Position numbers and translations under genes: made by a program
Shown: piece after piece, positions 35,752 to 44,966 of the stretch
How positions within the stretch are numbered: the first letter of the stretch is position 1
Layout of the letters: every line of letters begins with the position of its first letter
Origin: a virus
Taxonomy: Duplodnaviria; Caudoviricetes
Reading direction: 5' to 3' (one strand)
Length of the DNA: 64,000 bases
Virus record (IMG/VR): IMGVR_UViG_3300033555_000001
Location: 192,001-256,000 of that record
The notes under the pieces: generated by a model
Database searches by the model: none
Seen by the model: the letters and a program-made list of their open reading frames with translations, nothing else
What the model was told of the DNA's origin: nothing

Positions 35752-36222
35752 ATGAAACTAAATCTATTTCTTCTTGGCCAAAAAAACGACGAACTCATGA
35801 CAGAGCTGCCAACGTTCTTTGAGAAGTGGCAGAGAGAAATAGACTCAGCCGAGCCTATCTTTAAAATTGAAGGCGAGCGGCTAGAAAAGCTAGCCAGAGA
35901 TATACCACACAATCAAGTGCACTACGCTAAGCTGGCTCAAGAGGCTCGAGCACTGGTTAAGTGGCTTGAAATTCAGCGCGCGCAAAAAGAATCAAAGTAC
36001 CTTAAAAACTACAATAATTCTCCACGCGCTCTTGGAGTTAAAGAGCAAGCCGTGTACATGGGCGGTGAAAAAGAGATTGTTGAAATTAATCAGCTCATCG
36101 TTGAAACGGCACTAAAGCAACAGCAGCTTGACGAAATCGTTGACGCCATAAAACAAATGGCTTGGCAGGTCGGCAATATTACTAAACTCCGCGTTGCGGA
36201 ATTACAGGATACCGTACTATGA
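35752..36222 (+). CDS. uvsY: Recombination mediator UvsY-like
   Basis: Coiled protein; YLKNYNNSPRAL...YMGGE...WQVGNITKLRVAEL; between uvsX and uvsW. Confidence 0.7.
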   Translation: MKLNLFLLGQKNDELMTELPTFFEKWQREIDSAEPIFKIEGERLEKLARDIPHNQVHYAKLAQEARALVKWLEIQRAQKESKYLKNYNNSPRALGVKEQAVYMGGEKEIVEINQLIVETALKQQQLDEIVDAIKQMAWQVGNITKLRVAELQDTVL

Positions 36223-36629
36223 TGAACTTTAAATCTGAACCTTTAGCAGACGCGCTGGTTAATGCAGCAGTGCAATTAACTGCGCTCAGCGTGACACAGC
36301 CGCAGGGTAACTACCAGGCAAATCCGTACGGCACATACACAATTCCAACCATGAACGCGCTGAGTATTACTGCACCATCAGCACCCCGATCAATTGGCCA
36401 AATGGGATTTGACGCGGACGGCGATATTGCGCTGGAGTTTTATTCCGTTGAAAACGGAAACAATTTAACTTTGAAGTTCTGTCCGGAATACAACATGACA
36501 ATGCGAGAGCAGACGCAGATCATGATGCTGACCGTAATGGCCGCAGCCCACGCGTACACCAACCCAGAGCGCGCCATACTCTTTATCAGGTTGCACAACT
36601 TAGAGCGGCACTTTATAATTACAGCATGA
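36219..36629 (+). CDS. Hypothetical protein
   Basis: Coupled to flanking genes. Confidence 0.55.
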   Translation: MMNFKSEPLADALVNAAVQLTALSVTQPQGNYQANPYGTYTIPTMNALSITAPSAPRSIGQMGFDADGDIALEFYSVENGNNLTLKFCPEYNMTMREQTQIMMLTVMAAAHAYTNPERAILFIRLHNLERHFIITA

Positions 36630-38038
36630 GTAAAACTGCGCATATTTGGGTAAGAGACGAAGTCTGGATGACTGTGGCCGGCCTTGAGGTATCGGATCAC
36701 ACCTTTCTCTGGAACAAGTTTGGAATTGAAGTTGAGGGTTCATTTTTCATGCCGGCCCGAAAGCTTGGTCGATGGGACGGCAAGCTCAGATTCTTTGACA
36801 AAACCGGCAAAGTATATCTGCGCTTTTTAAACGACATAGTTCCCTTCCTTGAAAAATGGAACTACGAGATTGAGCTGCATGATGAGCGGCGCCCTCTAAA
36901 TCTGGTAACAGGTAGGCTTACACCAACGTGGTTTAATGATCACGGCAGAGCCCAGATACCTGTTACGTTGCGCCCCTACCAAGTAGACGCCGTGAACGCT
37001 TGTTTGCACGAGGGATCTGGCATGGTTATTGCGGCTACTGGCAGCGGTAAAACATGGATGTGCGCCGGTCTTGTTGATGTGGTAGGATCAGAAGGACTGC
37101 GATCAATTACCATTGTTCCCTCCTCTGATCTTGTTGGGCAAACCTCAAGCACCTTTAAACTAGCCGGAATCGAACATGGTCTCTATTCTGGTTCTGAAAA
37201 GAATCTCTATCAGCCACATGTAATTGCTACCTGGCAGGCGCTGCAAAATAATCCAACCGTCATGGCGGACTTTCAGACCGTGATTGTTGACGAGGCGCAC
37301 GGCGCCAAGGCCAGCACAATTGGTGAACTGATTACTGAGCACGGGAAAAATATCGGTTATCGCTTTGGATTTACTGGTACACTGCCCAAGCCACTTACCG
37401 ACCAGTACACGCTGCGTGGATCTATTGGCGAAGTTCTGTATTCAATTACTGCAGCTGATTTAATTCAAATGGGGTTCTTGGCAAGACTTGAAATTGAGCC
37501 TGTTGAGATTACTGAAAATGTCGGAGAAGAATTTCCTGATTACTCCTCGGAAAAAGCCTTTACTAGCCGATCACCCGAGCGCCTGGATTTTATGGCTGAT
37601 TTAATTATTAGCCGTGCTGCTGAGCATGGAAATACTCTGGTGTTGGTAAACACAATTAAGCAAGGACAGCAACTACATAAGCTTATTAAAGACAGCGTGT
37701 TCTTGTGCGGTGCCAGCGAAAATGACATTCGCGCTGAGTGGTACGGGACCTTTGCGCATCGTGACGACTTGATTGTAATTGCAACTGCTGGAATTGCCTC
37801 AACCGGAATTAGTATAGATAGGGTTTTTAATTTAATGCTAATTGACGCGGGTAAGTCGTTTATTCGCGCCATTCAATCAATTGGCCGTGGGTTGCGCAAG
37901 AGCGCCGACAAAGATTTTGTGCATGTGTGCGACGTTTATAGTGGTTTAAAGTGGGGTAAAAAGCATTTTAAAGAACGTGCTCGCTATTATAAAGATGCCG
38001 AATACCCAGTCCTTAAACCAACTAAGGTAAAGCTATGA
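36626..38038 (+). CDS. uvsW: SF2 DNA helicase UvsW
   Basis: LRPYQ; ATGSGKT; VDEAH; TGT; QSIGRGLR. Confidence 0.92.
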   Translation: MSKTAHIWVRDEVWMTVAGLEVSDHTFLWNKFGIEVEGSFFMPARKLGRWDGKLRFFDKTGKVYLRFLNDIVPFLEKWNYEIELHDERRPLNLVTGRLTPTWFNDHGRAQIPVTLRPYQVDAVNACLHEGSGMVIAATGSGKTWMCAGLVDVVGSEGLRSITIVPSSDLVGQTSSTFKLAGIEHGLYSGSEKNLYQPHVIATWQALQNNPTVMADFQTVIVDEAHGAKASTIGELITEHGKNIGYRFGFTGTLPKPLTDQYTLRGSIGEVLYSITAADLIQMGFLARLEIEPVEITENVGEEFPDYSSEKAFTSRSPERLDFMADLIISRAAEHGNTLVLVNTIKQGQQLHKLIKDSVFLCGASENDIRAEWYGTFAHRDDLIVIATAGIASTGISIDRVFNLMLIDAGKSFIRAIQSIGRGLRKSADKDFVHVCDVYSGLKWGKKHFKERARYYKDAEYPVLKPTKVKL

Positions 38039-38283
38039 AAATTCATATTCAACTAGATCAAGGCTGGCAATTTGCTATTCAATCACTAGACTGTGATCCG
38101 GACCGTTCTTCTGAAGATAAGCACATGTTAGAAGTAGATCAGGCTTTTATTGAAGAGTACTGTGAAGCTTGTGACAGATATGACAAATTAAAAGATCAAG
38201 TCGAGCAGCTCTATCGTGTACAACAAGGTTTAAAACCTTGGGCAACGCCTGCCGTGCCACCCCATGAAATAATCGAAGAGTAA
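38035..38283 (+). CDS. Hypothetical protein
   Basis: Coupled to uvsW. Confidence 0.55.
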   Translation: MKIHIQLDQGWQFAIQSLDCDPDRSSEDKHMLEVDQAFIEEYCEACDRYDKLKDQVEQLYRVQQGLKPWATPAVPPHEIIEE

Positions 38284-38310
38284 TTAAATCATTGACCCCC
38301 GGAGATTAAA

Positions 38311-38820
38311 ATGAATATCATCAACGAATTAAATAAGCCCTACATTATAGACTCGCTAACAGCGCCACTTCCGCTGCGGTATCACTGGACGTTTAGTGGC
38401 CAGCAACTGGATTTTATGATGACTGAAATTACTTATCTTGAGGAAACAGTAGGCCCAACAGTTACTCTAGTAATTGACGACAGCGAAGTAAAGGTACCGG
38501 GCGCCTGGAGTATTTTGATTGTTGATCGTGAAACGTATACTATTGACGCAGTGCCAGTAACGGCCTGTGCAGCATTTGCGCACGACGCCTTTGTGTTTTC
38601 GCCAAGCGACAGCAAATTAATTACTGCGCAAGTTCGAGTTGTTGCGTCTGAGCAAAAGGGAACGTGCATTTACCCTGCCGTTGACAAGGGAAATGCACTT
38701 GTTCACGCCATTACGCCTGGCATCTCGCACGGTAAAAGCATTGCCAGAGGAGTCATTGTTGGCCCACATGACCTGTGGCGTTGGATCTCAGGCCGCACAG
38801 TCGGAGACGTTCTCGGCTAA
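38311..38820 (+). CDS. Hypothetical beta-rich protein
   Basis: GGAG RBS. Confidence 0.65.
   Translation: MNIINELNKPYIIDSLTAPLPLRYHWTFSGQQLDFMMTEITYLEETVGPTVTLVIDDSEVKVPGAWSILIVDRETYTIDAVPVTACAAFAHDAFVFSPSDSKLITAQVRVVASEQKGTCIYPAVDKGNALVHAITPGISHGKSIARGVIVGPHDLWRWISGRTVGDVLG
38791..38820 (+). repeat. 30-bp exact direct repeat (3' end of ORF 38311); second copy 39138-39167
   Basis: ggccgcacagtcggagacgttctcggctaa occurs twice. Confidence 0.97.
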
Positions 38821-38847
38821 AACCTTAATCAAGATAAAAGGAATTAT

Positions 38848-39120
38848 ATGATAGACAAACAGATTGTGGCAATTAGAAAATTTACTTTTGGAATGCTTGG
38901 GGGCGGCATTAGCCAAATTAAACTCTCAGATGGCAGTATTATGGATATTAACCAGGCCGTATATAACATTGAATATTCGCAACACCAGTATTTCACTATG
39001 GATGCGTTCGGTCGCCGCACCTCAGTTAGAGTGCAACGCGGCTGGTGCACGGGGCCATATCTAATTGCTGAGTCCGACAATAGCACAAGCAATAATTTAC
39101 TATCATTGCCGAAGTTCTAA
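38848..39120 (+). CDS. DUF3892-like protein
   Basis: C-terminal V.V.....PYL...D....NNLLSLPKF pattern. Confidence 0.55.
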   Translation: MIDKQIVAIRKFTFGMLGGGISQIKLSDGSIMDINQAVYNIEYSQHQYFTMDAFGRRTSVRVQRGWCTGPYLIAESDNSTSNNLLSLPKF

Positions 39121-39207
39121 GCTAAATTTTCCTCGGTGGCCGCACAGTCGGAGACGTTCTCGGCTAACCGCAACCGCTAAATAGACTTCTCAACACGAGG
39201 AGTCTAT

Positions 39208-39789
39208 ATGCATTTTACCCCAGCATTCGAGCGCGCAGTCGCTCATGCCATGATTTATGAAGTTGGAGCGCACTTTAACCCGGCTGACAAAGACACTATT
39301 GCCGGGTTAATTGATACCCGCGAGCGCCGCAAAAAAAGCGGCTATGTGAACGATCCAGTTGACGCCGGCGGCGAAACAAAATACGGCGTGGCAAAGAGTG
39401 GTAATCCCAAGACGGATATTACTAACTTAACCTGGGCCGAAGCCAAACAAATTTACTTTGACAAGTACTGGATTGCTGGTGGTTGCCATTTACTGGAACC
39501 GCGTACTGCAATTTTGCACTTTGACGGCTGTGTTAACCACGGTGTAGGGCGCGCCAGTAAATTTCTGCAAGAAGTAATTGGTGCTGGACAGGACGGTCAA
39601 GTAGGACCGAATACTGCTAAGCTTGCCAACGCAATGAACGAACGTGATGTTTGCCGGCTGCTTGCCAATCGGCGCGAAAAATTCTACCGTGATATCGTTG
39701 CAGCTCGTCCGTCTCAGGCCAGATTTATTAATGGCTGGATGCGTCGAATTAACGAGATGCGCGATTTCGTACAAGGCCCCCTAGCTTAA
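39208..39789 (+). CDS. Endolysin, glycoside hydrolase family 108 with PG-binding domain
   Basis: GYVNDPVDAGGETKYGV...YFDKYW...FDGCVNHG...QDGQVGPNT...FINGWMRR; TAAATA upstream. Confidence 0.9.
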   Translation: MHFTPAFERAVAHAMIYEVGAHFNPADKDTIAGLIDTRERRKKSGYVNDPVDAGGETKYGVAKSGNPKTDITNLTWAEAKQIYFDKYWIAGGCHLLEPRTAILHFDGCVNHGVGRASKFLQEVIGAGQDGQVGPNTAKLANAMNERDVCRLLANRREKFYRDIVAARPSQARFINGWMRRINEMRDFVQGPLA

Positions 39790-39843
39790 TCCTGAGCCCG
39801 CTTCGCCAGTGCGTGGTGGCCTCAAAAAATGTTACAATAACTC

Positions 39844-40128
39844 ATGACTGATTTTAGCGCTCCTCAATTAGACGATACCGCACCACCCCCGCTATTCCGC
39901 AAAATTACCTCTGGCGTGGTGCAGTACAACATGGATTTTGTTGGGTACTTGATTACCCAAGAAGTCAATCGTCGAAGAGAGCAGCGCACAGCCCCTCTGT
40001 CAGAGTTTGAAGCACAAGAATTTAAACGAGAACTTATTTCTAAACTTATTATTCAGGGAAATGCAGACGCGGCTATTGCGCTTCGTCCTCGCCCTGAAAA
40101 CTCACAGAGACAGCAGCTAAACGGATGA
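39844..40128 (+). CDS. Hypothetical protein
   Basis: Extended -10 TGTTACAAT upstream; coupled to nrdA. Confidence 0.55.
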   Translation: MTDFSAPQLDDTAPPPLFRKITSGVVQYNMDFVGYLITQEVNRRREQRTAPLSEFEAQEFKRELISKLIIQGNADAAIALRPRPENSQRQQLNG

Positions 40129-42524
40129 ATACAATAATGCACGTAATAAAGCGTGATGGAACAAAAGAAGTTTTTGATTTGGCTAAATGGCAGAACCAAA
40201 TTGCAAAAGTTTGTGAAGGTGTGGCGGATGTCAGCCCATCAATGATTGAGATTGCCGCAAATCCGCATTTCAAAGATGGCATGACGACCAGCCAACTTGA
40301 TTCAATTGCACTCCGCGCAATGATTGACTTGATTGATGAGGAAGAAAATCCGGACATTGGCAATGTTAATTATCAGTACGTTGCCGGCAAACAGCGCATC
40401 AGTATGCTTCGCAAGGACGTGTACGGGCAGTACGAAGTCCCACGCTTATTTGGTATTGTTCAGAAAAACGTTAAGCTTGGTTTCTATACCAAAGATTTGC
40501 TGACGTGGTATACCGAAGCCGAGTGGGACGCCATGGAGCGCTTTGTTGATCACGACAAAGATGAACTATTCCCGTACGCTGCGGTAGACCAGCTGATTGA
40601 AAAATACTTAGTGCAGAATAGAGTCGCAGGCGGTGCAGTTCTTGAAACGCCGCAAGTACGGTACATTGTTGCTGCCGCTACAGCTTTTCACGCTGAGAAA
40701 AAAGATCGACTGCGCTGGGTTAAGGATTTCTATCAGTGCGCCAGCGAGGGCATGTTCACCATGGCAACGCCAGTCTTGGCCGGTCTTGGTACCCCAACAA
40801 AGCAATTCAGTTCTTGCGTGCTGATCAAATCTGATGACACGCTAAAATCTATTTTTGCCAGCGGTCAAATCATGGCGGACTACGCGTCTAAGCGCGCTGG
40901 CATTGGCCTAGATCCCGGCAAGATGCGCGCCATTGGAGCTCCAATTCGTGGGGGCGAAATCAAGCATACGGGCTGGGTTCCATTCCTGAAAAAGTGGTTT
41001 GCTGATTTGCGATCATGCTCGCAAGGCGGCATCAGAAATGCGTCCGCAACTATTACCTTTCCCTTCTGGCATCTGCAAGTTGAAGACTTGATTGTACTGA
41101 AGAATAATCAAGGCACTGAAGAAACACGAGTACGTCATCTAGACTATTGTGTTTCAGTAAGCGCATTCATGTGGAAGCGATTCCGCGAGCAGGGAACACT
41201 AACGTTCTTTGACCCTAGTGAAGTCCCGGAAATGTACGAGGCTTTTCACAGTGATCCAGTTGAATTTGAACGCTTGTACTTACAGAATGAGAAGCGCACC
41301 GACATTCGAACCAAGACACTAAGCGCTGAGTCTTTTGTAAAAGACATGTTGAATAAAGAGCGCTCCGATACTGGTCGTTACTACATTTTGAATGTTGATA
41401 ACGTTGCGCGACAAGGTCCATTCGACCCGGCAATTCACCCAGTATATCAAACAAATTTGTGCACGGAAATTATGCAGCACACCCGGCCATTTCAAACTGT
41501 TGACGATACATCTGGCCGTATTGCGCTGTGCACACTTGGGTCCATTAACATTGGTGCCGTTCGAAACCCAGAAGAGATGCGCAAACCTGCACGCGTACTC
41601 CACCGTTGCCTGCACAACTTGCTGCAGTATCAAGATTTTCTCTCTGTTCAATCTGATCTTCATAATAAAGAATTTGAACCGCTTGGTATTGGCATTACTA
41701 ATCTGGCGTACTGGCTTGCAAAGCGCAAGCTGAAATACGGTGAGCCTGAAGCACTTGCAGAAATTAAAAAATGGGTAGAGCACCTGTCATTTTATCTGAC
41801 TGATGCGTCAGTTGATCTGGCCAGAGAAAAAGGCCCATGTGAAATGTCCGCCAAGACACGCTATGGGCAGGGAATTTTTCCATGGGAAAATCGTGCAAAA
41901 GGCGTAAATGATTTAACAGACTTTACGCCTTCAGAAGATTTAGATTGGGAAGGACTCAGATCTAGATTGTTACTGTACGGTATCCGGAACGCCACGCTGA
42001 TGGCTATTGCGCCCGTTGAAAGTTCTAGCGTGGTCTTAAATTCCACTAATGGCATAAACATGGTGAAGCAATTGATCATCATCAAGGGATCTAAAGCCGG
42101 CGAATTTGCGCAAGTTGTTCCAGAGTACCGCAAGCTTAAAAAATATTATCAACTGTTGTGGGACCAAAAGGACTGCGTTGAGTACCTTAAAACTGTTGCA
42201 GTACTCCAAGTATACGTTGATCAGGGTATTTCAAGCGATACTTTTTATTCTCCAAAGCATTTCCCAGAGGGTAAAATTCCAGTAACACTAGTGCTCAAGA
42301 ATCTAATGCTAGCACATCATTGGGGTTTTAAGAGCCACTATTATTCGTTGATTGATAAGCAAGGCGCTGCTGAATTGTTGAAGGCGCAGGCAGCAGCATC
42401 AAATGCGGAAAATTCTATTAAACTTGTGGATACTTCAGGCTGGGATCTGATACCTGAAATGTATTCGTTTGATCCCACATCTGCAATTGGTGATGATGAG
42501 CACTGTGAAAGTTGCGTTTTATAA
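40125..42524 (+). CDS. nrdA: Ribonucleotide reductase class Ia alpha subunit
   Basis: ATP cone VIKRDG; QFSSCVL; QTNLCTEI; C-terminal CESCVL. Confidence 0.97.
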   Translation: MNTIMHVIKRDGTKEVFDLAKWQNQIAKVCEGVADVSPSMIEIAANPHFKDGMTTSQLDSIALRAMIDLIDEEENPDIGNVNYQYVAGKQRISMLRKDVYGQYEVPRLFGIVQKNVKLGFYTKDLLTWYTEAEWDAMERFVDHDKDELFPYAAVDQLIEKYLVQNRVAGGAVLETPQVRYIVAAATAFHAEKKDRLRWVKDFYQCASEGMFTMATPVLAGLGTPTKQFSSCVLIKSDDTLKSIFASGQIMADYASKRAGIGLDPGKMRAIGAPIRGGEIKHTGWVPFLKKWFADLRSCSQGGIRNASATITFPFWHLQVEDLIVLKNNQGTEETRVRHLDYCVSVSAFMWKRFREQGTLTFFDPSEVPEMYEAFHSDPVEFERLYLQNEKRTDIRTKTLSAESFVKDMLNKERSDTGRYYILNVDNVARQGPFDPAIHPVYQTNLCTEIMQHTRPFQTVDDTSGRIALCTLGSINIGAVRNPEEMRKPARVLHRCLHNLLQYQDFLSVQSDLHNKEFEPLGIGITNLAYWLAKRKLKYGEPEALAEIKKWVEHLSFYLTDASVDLAREKGPCEMSAKTRYGQGIFPWENRAKGVNDLTDFTPSEDLDWEGLRSRLLLYGIRNATLMAIAPVESSSVVLNSTNGINMVKQLIIIKGSKAGEFAQVVPEYRKLKKYYQLLWDQKDCVEYLKTVAVLQVYVDQGISSDTFYSPKHFPEGKIPVTLVLKNLMLAHHWGFKSHYYSLIDKQGAAELLKAQAAASNAENSIKLVDTSGWDLIPEMYSFDPTSAIGDDEHCESCVL

Positions 42525-42553
42525 AAGTTTGTAAAAGAATATAAAAGGTTAAA

Positions 42554-43642
42554 ATGACAAAGCACTATGATTTTTCAAGCTTGCCCGAGTACGGCAAACG
42601 CCAAATGTTTCTGGACGGGCGTGTAACTATTCAGCGTTATGACGACTATGCCTATCCAGTAATTGCAAAATACGAGGATACGCAACAGGGTTCTTTTTGG
42701 AGACCCACAGAAGTAAGTCTCACAAAAGACTCCATGGATTTTAAAGAAGCCAGTAAAGCGGTGCGCCATATTTTTACGGCGAACTTGCTGCGTCAAACCG
42801 CGCTTGATTCAATTCAGGGCCGAGCACCAGTTCAAATTTTTACTCCAGTTTGCGCCGTGCCTGAACTAGAGGCACTTGTCAACGCGTGGTCGTTTTTTGA
42901 GATTATCCACAGCCGGTCGTATTCGCATATTATTCGCAACATCTATAACGTGCCAAAAGATGAGTTCAATAAAATTCATGATACAAAACCAATCATTGAA
43001 ATGACTGCAACAATTGGCAAGTACTATGATGACCTGCACGCGCTGAACTGCAAGGTAGAACTTGGCCAGCCGGTAACCGAGTACGAGCACGTCAAGGCAA
43101 TTTACCTGGCACTTATCGCAAGCTACGGGCTAGAAGCAATCCGATTTATGGTAAGCTTTGCCACATCCCTGGGCATGGTAGAGAATAAGATTTTTATCGG
43201 CAATGGAAATATTATTGCTCTTATTCTACAGGATGAGATGCTGCATGCGGACTGGACTGCGTGGATCATTAACCGCGTGGTCAAAGACGATCCGCGTTTT
43301 GCTCAAGTTGCTCAGGACTGCAAACAAGAGGCCTATGACATGTTAATGGCCGTGATTGCTGAAGAAAAGGCATGGGCAAATCATATTTTTATTGAAGGCA
43401 CTGTGATTGGTATGAACGAAAAGATTATGTGCAATCACGTAGACTGGACAGCTCAAGATCGGTTAAAACAAATTGGCATGAAGTACGATGCTGGCATTAA
43501 GTCCGCGCCACTGCCGTGGTTCAGCAAGCACATGAATACGAACAAAAAGCAAACCGCACTGCAGGAAAATGAGAGTGTAGCGTATGTGATTGGTTCAATG
43601 ACTAATTCAGTAAATTACGACGACTTGCCGGTGCTGTCGTGA
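42554..43642 (+). CDS. nrdB: Ribonucleotide reductase class Ia beta subunit
   Basis: FWRPTEV; LDSIQG; EIIHSRSY; EAIRF; DEMLH. Confidence 0.97.
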   Translation: MTKHYDFSSLPEYGKRQMFLDGRVTIQRYDDYAYPVIAKYEDTQQGSFWRPTEVSLTKDSMDFKEASKAVRHIFTANLLRQTALDSIQGRAPVQIFTPVCAVPELEALVNAWSFFEIIHSRSYSHIIRNIYNVPKDEFNKIHDTKPIIEMTATIGKYYDDLHALNCKVELGQPVTEYEHVKAIYLALIASYGLEAIRFMVSFATSLGMVENKIFIGNGNIIALILQDEMLHADWTAWIINRVVKDDPRFAQVAQDCKQEAYDMLMAVIAEEKAWANHIFIEGTVIGMNEKIMCNHVDWTAQDRLKQIGMKYDAGIKSAPLPWFSKHMNTNKKQTALQENESVAYVIGSMTNSVNYDDLPVLS

Positions 43643-44160
43643 CCGCAAATTCAGTAAATGCAAAATCCCGCAGCCAGTTTAAAGTGCGGTTTACTGCTGT
43701 TGTTAATCGCTCTGGTGCCGAGTTAAAGCACGCACATGAGGTGTTAGGCGCCCTTGGCAATCATGTGCTGCAGTGCCACTTACCCTCAGAAGTTCTTGGG
43801 CACCCAACTCCGCCTAATACACCGATGGATGGTTTTAGACATCTTGTTACTCGCGATCCGGTGAAATTTGTCTTTCAAGATGACTTGGCAAACCTGGTGC
43901 AAGAGGCGCTGGCACTCTTGTGTGATAATTCTACAGACGCTATTTCGGCATTGGTTTACATACAAGGTCCATTTAACGCCGTGGTCGAGGCGTATTTCTT
44001 TGGTAGAATGAAGTTAGTACTACTTGAACACTCTGGCCTCTGCGTAAGTTCGCTGGCGCCAGTAACAAAAACGCTTATTGCCCAGCCATCGTACGTGCAG
44101 CACTGCGTATTCCCGGCTAACGATCAACCAACGGTTGATCAATTGTTATCTAACATTTAG
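43639..44160 (+). CDS. Divergent tail-tube-fold protein
   Basis: QFKVRF...HLPS...VKFVFQDD...VVEAYFF parallels KWRVTF...SRP...LTVDDD...VVESWIL of the tube at 17882. Confidence 0.45.
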   Translation: MTANSVNAKSRSQFKVRFTAVVNRSGAELKHAHEVLGALGNHVLQCHLPSEVLGHPTPPNTPMDGFRHLVTRDPVKFVFQDDLANLVQEALALLCDNSTDAISALVYIQGPFNAVVEAYFFGRMKLVLLEHSGLCVSSLAPVTKTLIAQPSYVQHCVFPANDQPTVDQLLSNI

Positions 44161-44168
44161 GAGATTGG

Positions 44169-44432
44169 ATGTTTACTGTGTATTCAAAACCGGGCTGCCC
44201 AGCCTGTGAGCACACCAAAAGCTTGCTCGAAGAAAATGAAGCAGATTTTAATGTTATTCACCTTGACGTAGGACAGGGTCGAGTAAAATACCACACTTAT
44301 ATTTCCCGTGACGAATTGCTGGCGCAATTTCCTGGTACGCGCACACTTCCAGTGGTGGTACTTGGGAATACAAAAATTGGCGGCTACCCAGAACTAAAGG
44401 CTCACCTCAGAGAGAACAATGAAATTGTATGA
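44169..44432 (+). CDS. Glutaredoxin
   Basis: YSKPGCPAC...TLPVV...IGGY. Confidence 0.9.
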   Translation: MFTVYSKPGCPACEHTKSLLEENEADFNVIHLDVGQGRVKYHTYISRDELLAQFPGTRTLPVVVLGNTKIGGYPELKAHLRENNEIV

Positions 44433-44859
44433 ATTGAAAGAAATTAGAGGCACTTACGTTGCCCTGCGACCAACCCCGGCCACTCTTGCGCTGGTGCTGG
44501 CGTGGGCACGTGAGAATAACGTTTCACTTGTCAGCGACCCGCACGTCACAGTGCTCTACTCAAGAGCGCCGTTACAGGTGTCGGCTAATCCAGCAGAGCA
44601 CTTAACAACCACCCTGCGGTTTGAAGCGTTTAACCCAAGCGCAGGCAATCAAGAAACCGCCATTGTGGTAGAACTTGTGGCACCTACTATTTCTGCTCGC
44701 CACGATGCGCTAATTAGAGCAGGTGGCACTCATGATTTTCCAGAGTACCGTCCGCACATGACACTGTTCTATGGAGATGCACCTGACTTGAGCCAGTTAT
44801 CGCCGATGAATTTTGGATTAACATTTGCGTTTGAATATTCTGAAGCATTAAGCGAGTAG
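44419..44859 (+). CDS. acb1: 2H phosphodiesterase, T4 gp57B/Acb1-like anti-CBASS nuclease
   Basis: GTYVAL; HVTVLYSR; GGTHDFPEYRPHMTLFY; EYSEAL closely parallel the recalled T4 57B motifs. Confidence 0.8.
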   Translation: MKLYELKEIRGTYVALRPTPATLALVLAWARENNVSLVSDPHVTVLYSRAPLQVSANPAEHLTTTLRFEAFNPSAGNQETAIVVELVAPTISARHDALIRAGGTHDFPEYRPHMTLFYGDAPDLSQLSPMNFGLTFAFEYSEALSE

Positions 44860-44966
44860 TATAGAGGCATTAGGTGACAAATAGCGGCGGGCTCTTAGAG
44901 CCCGTTTTGGTAACTGGGAACTATCACATAAATAGATATCCGAACATCTTTATATGTGAGCATAAA

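Noticed and set aside
473-39167. Flanking repeats as integrase att sites, IS target duplications or assembly artefacts
   Set aside because: No integrase or transposase, no terminal inverted repeats, no common core among repeats; most pairs carry substitutions, which argues against mis-assembly
26177-43642. Introns or inteins in terL, uvsX, uvsW, nrdA and nrdB
   Set aside because: All are uninterrupted ORFs of normal length with motifs at expected spacing
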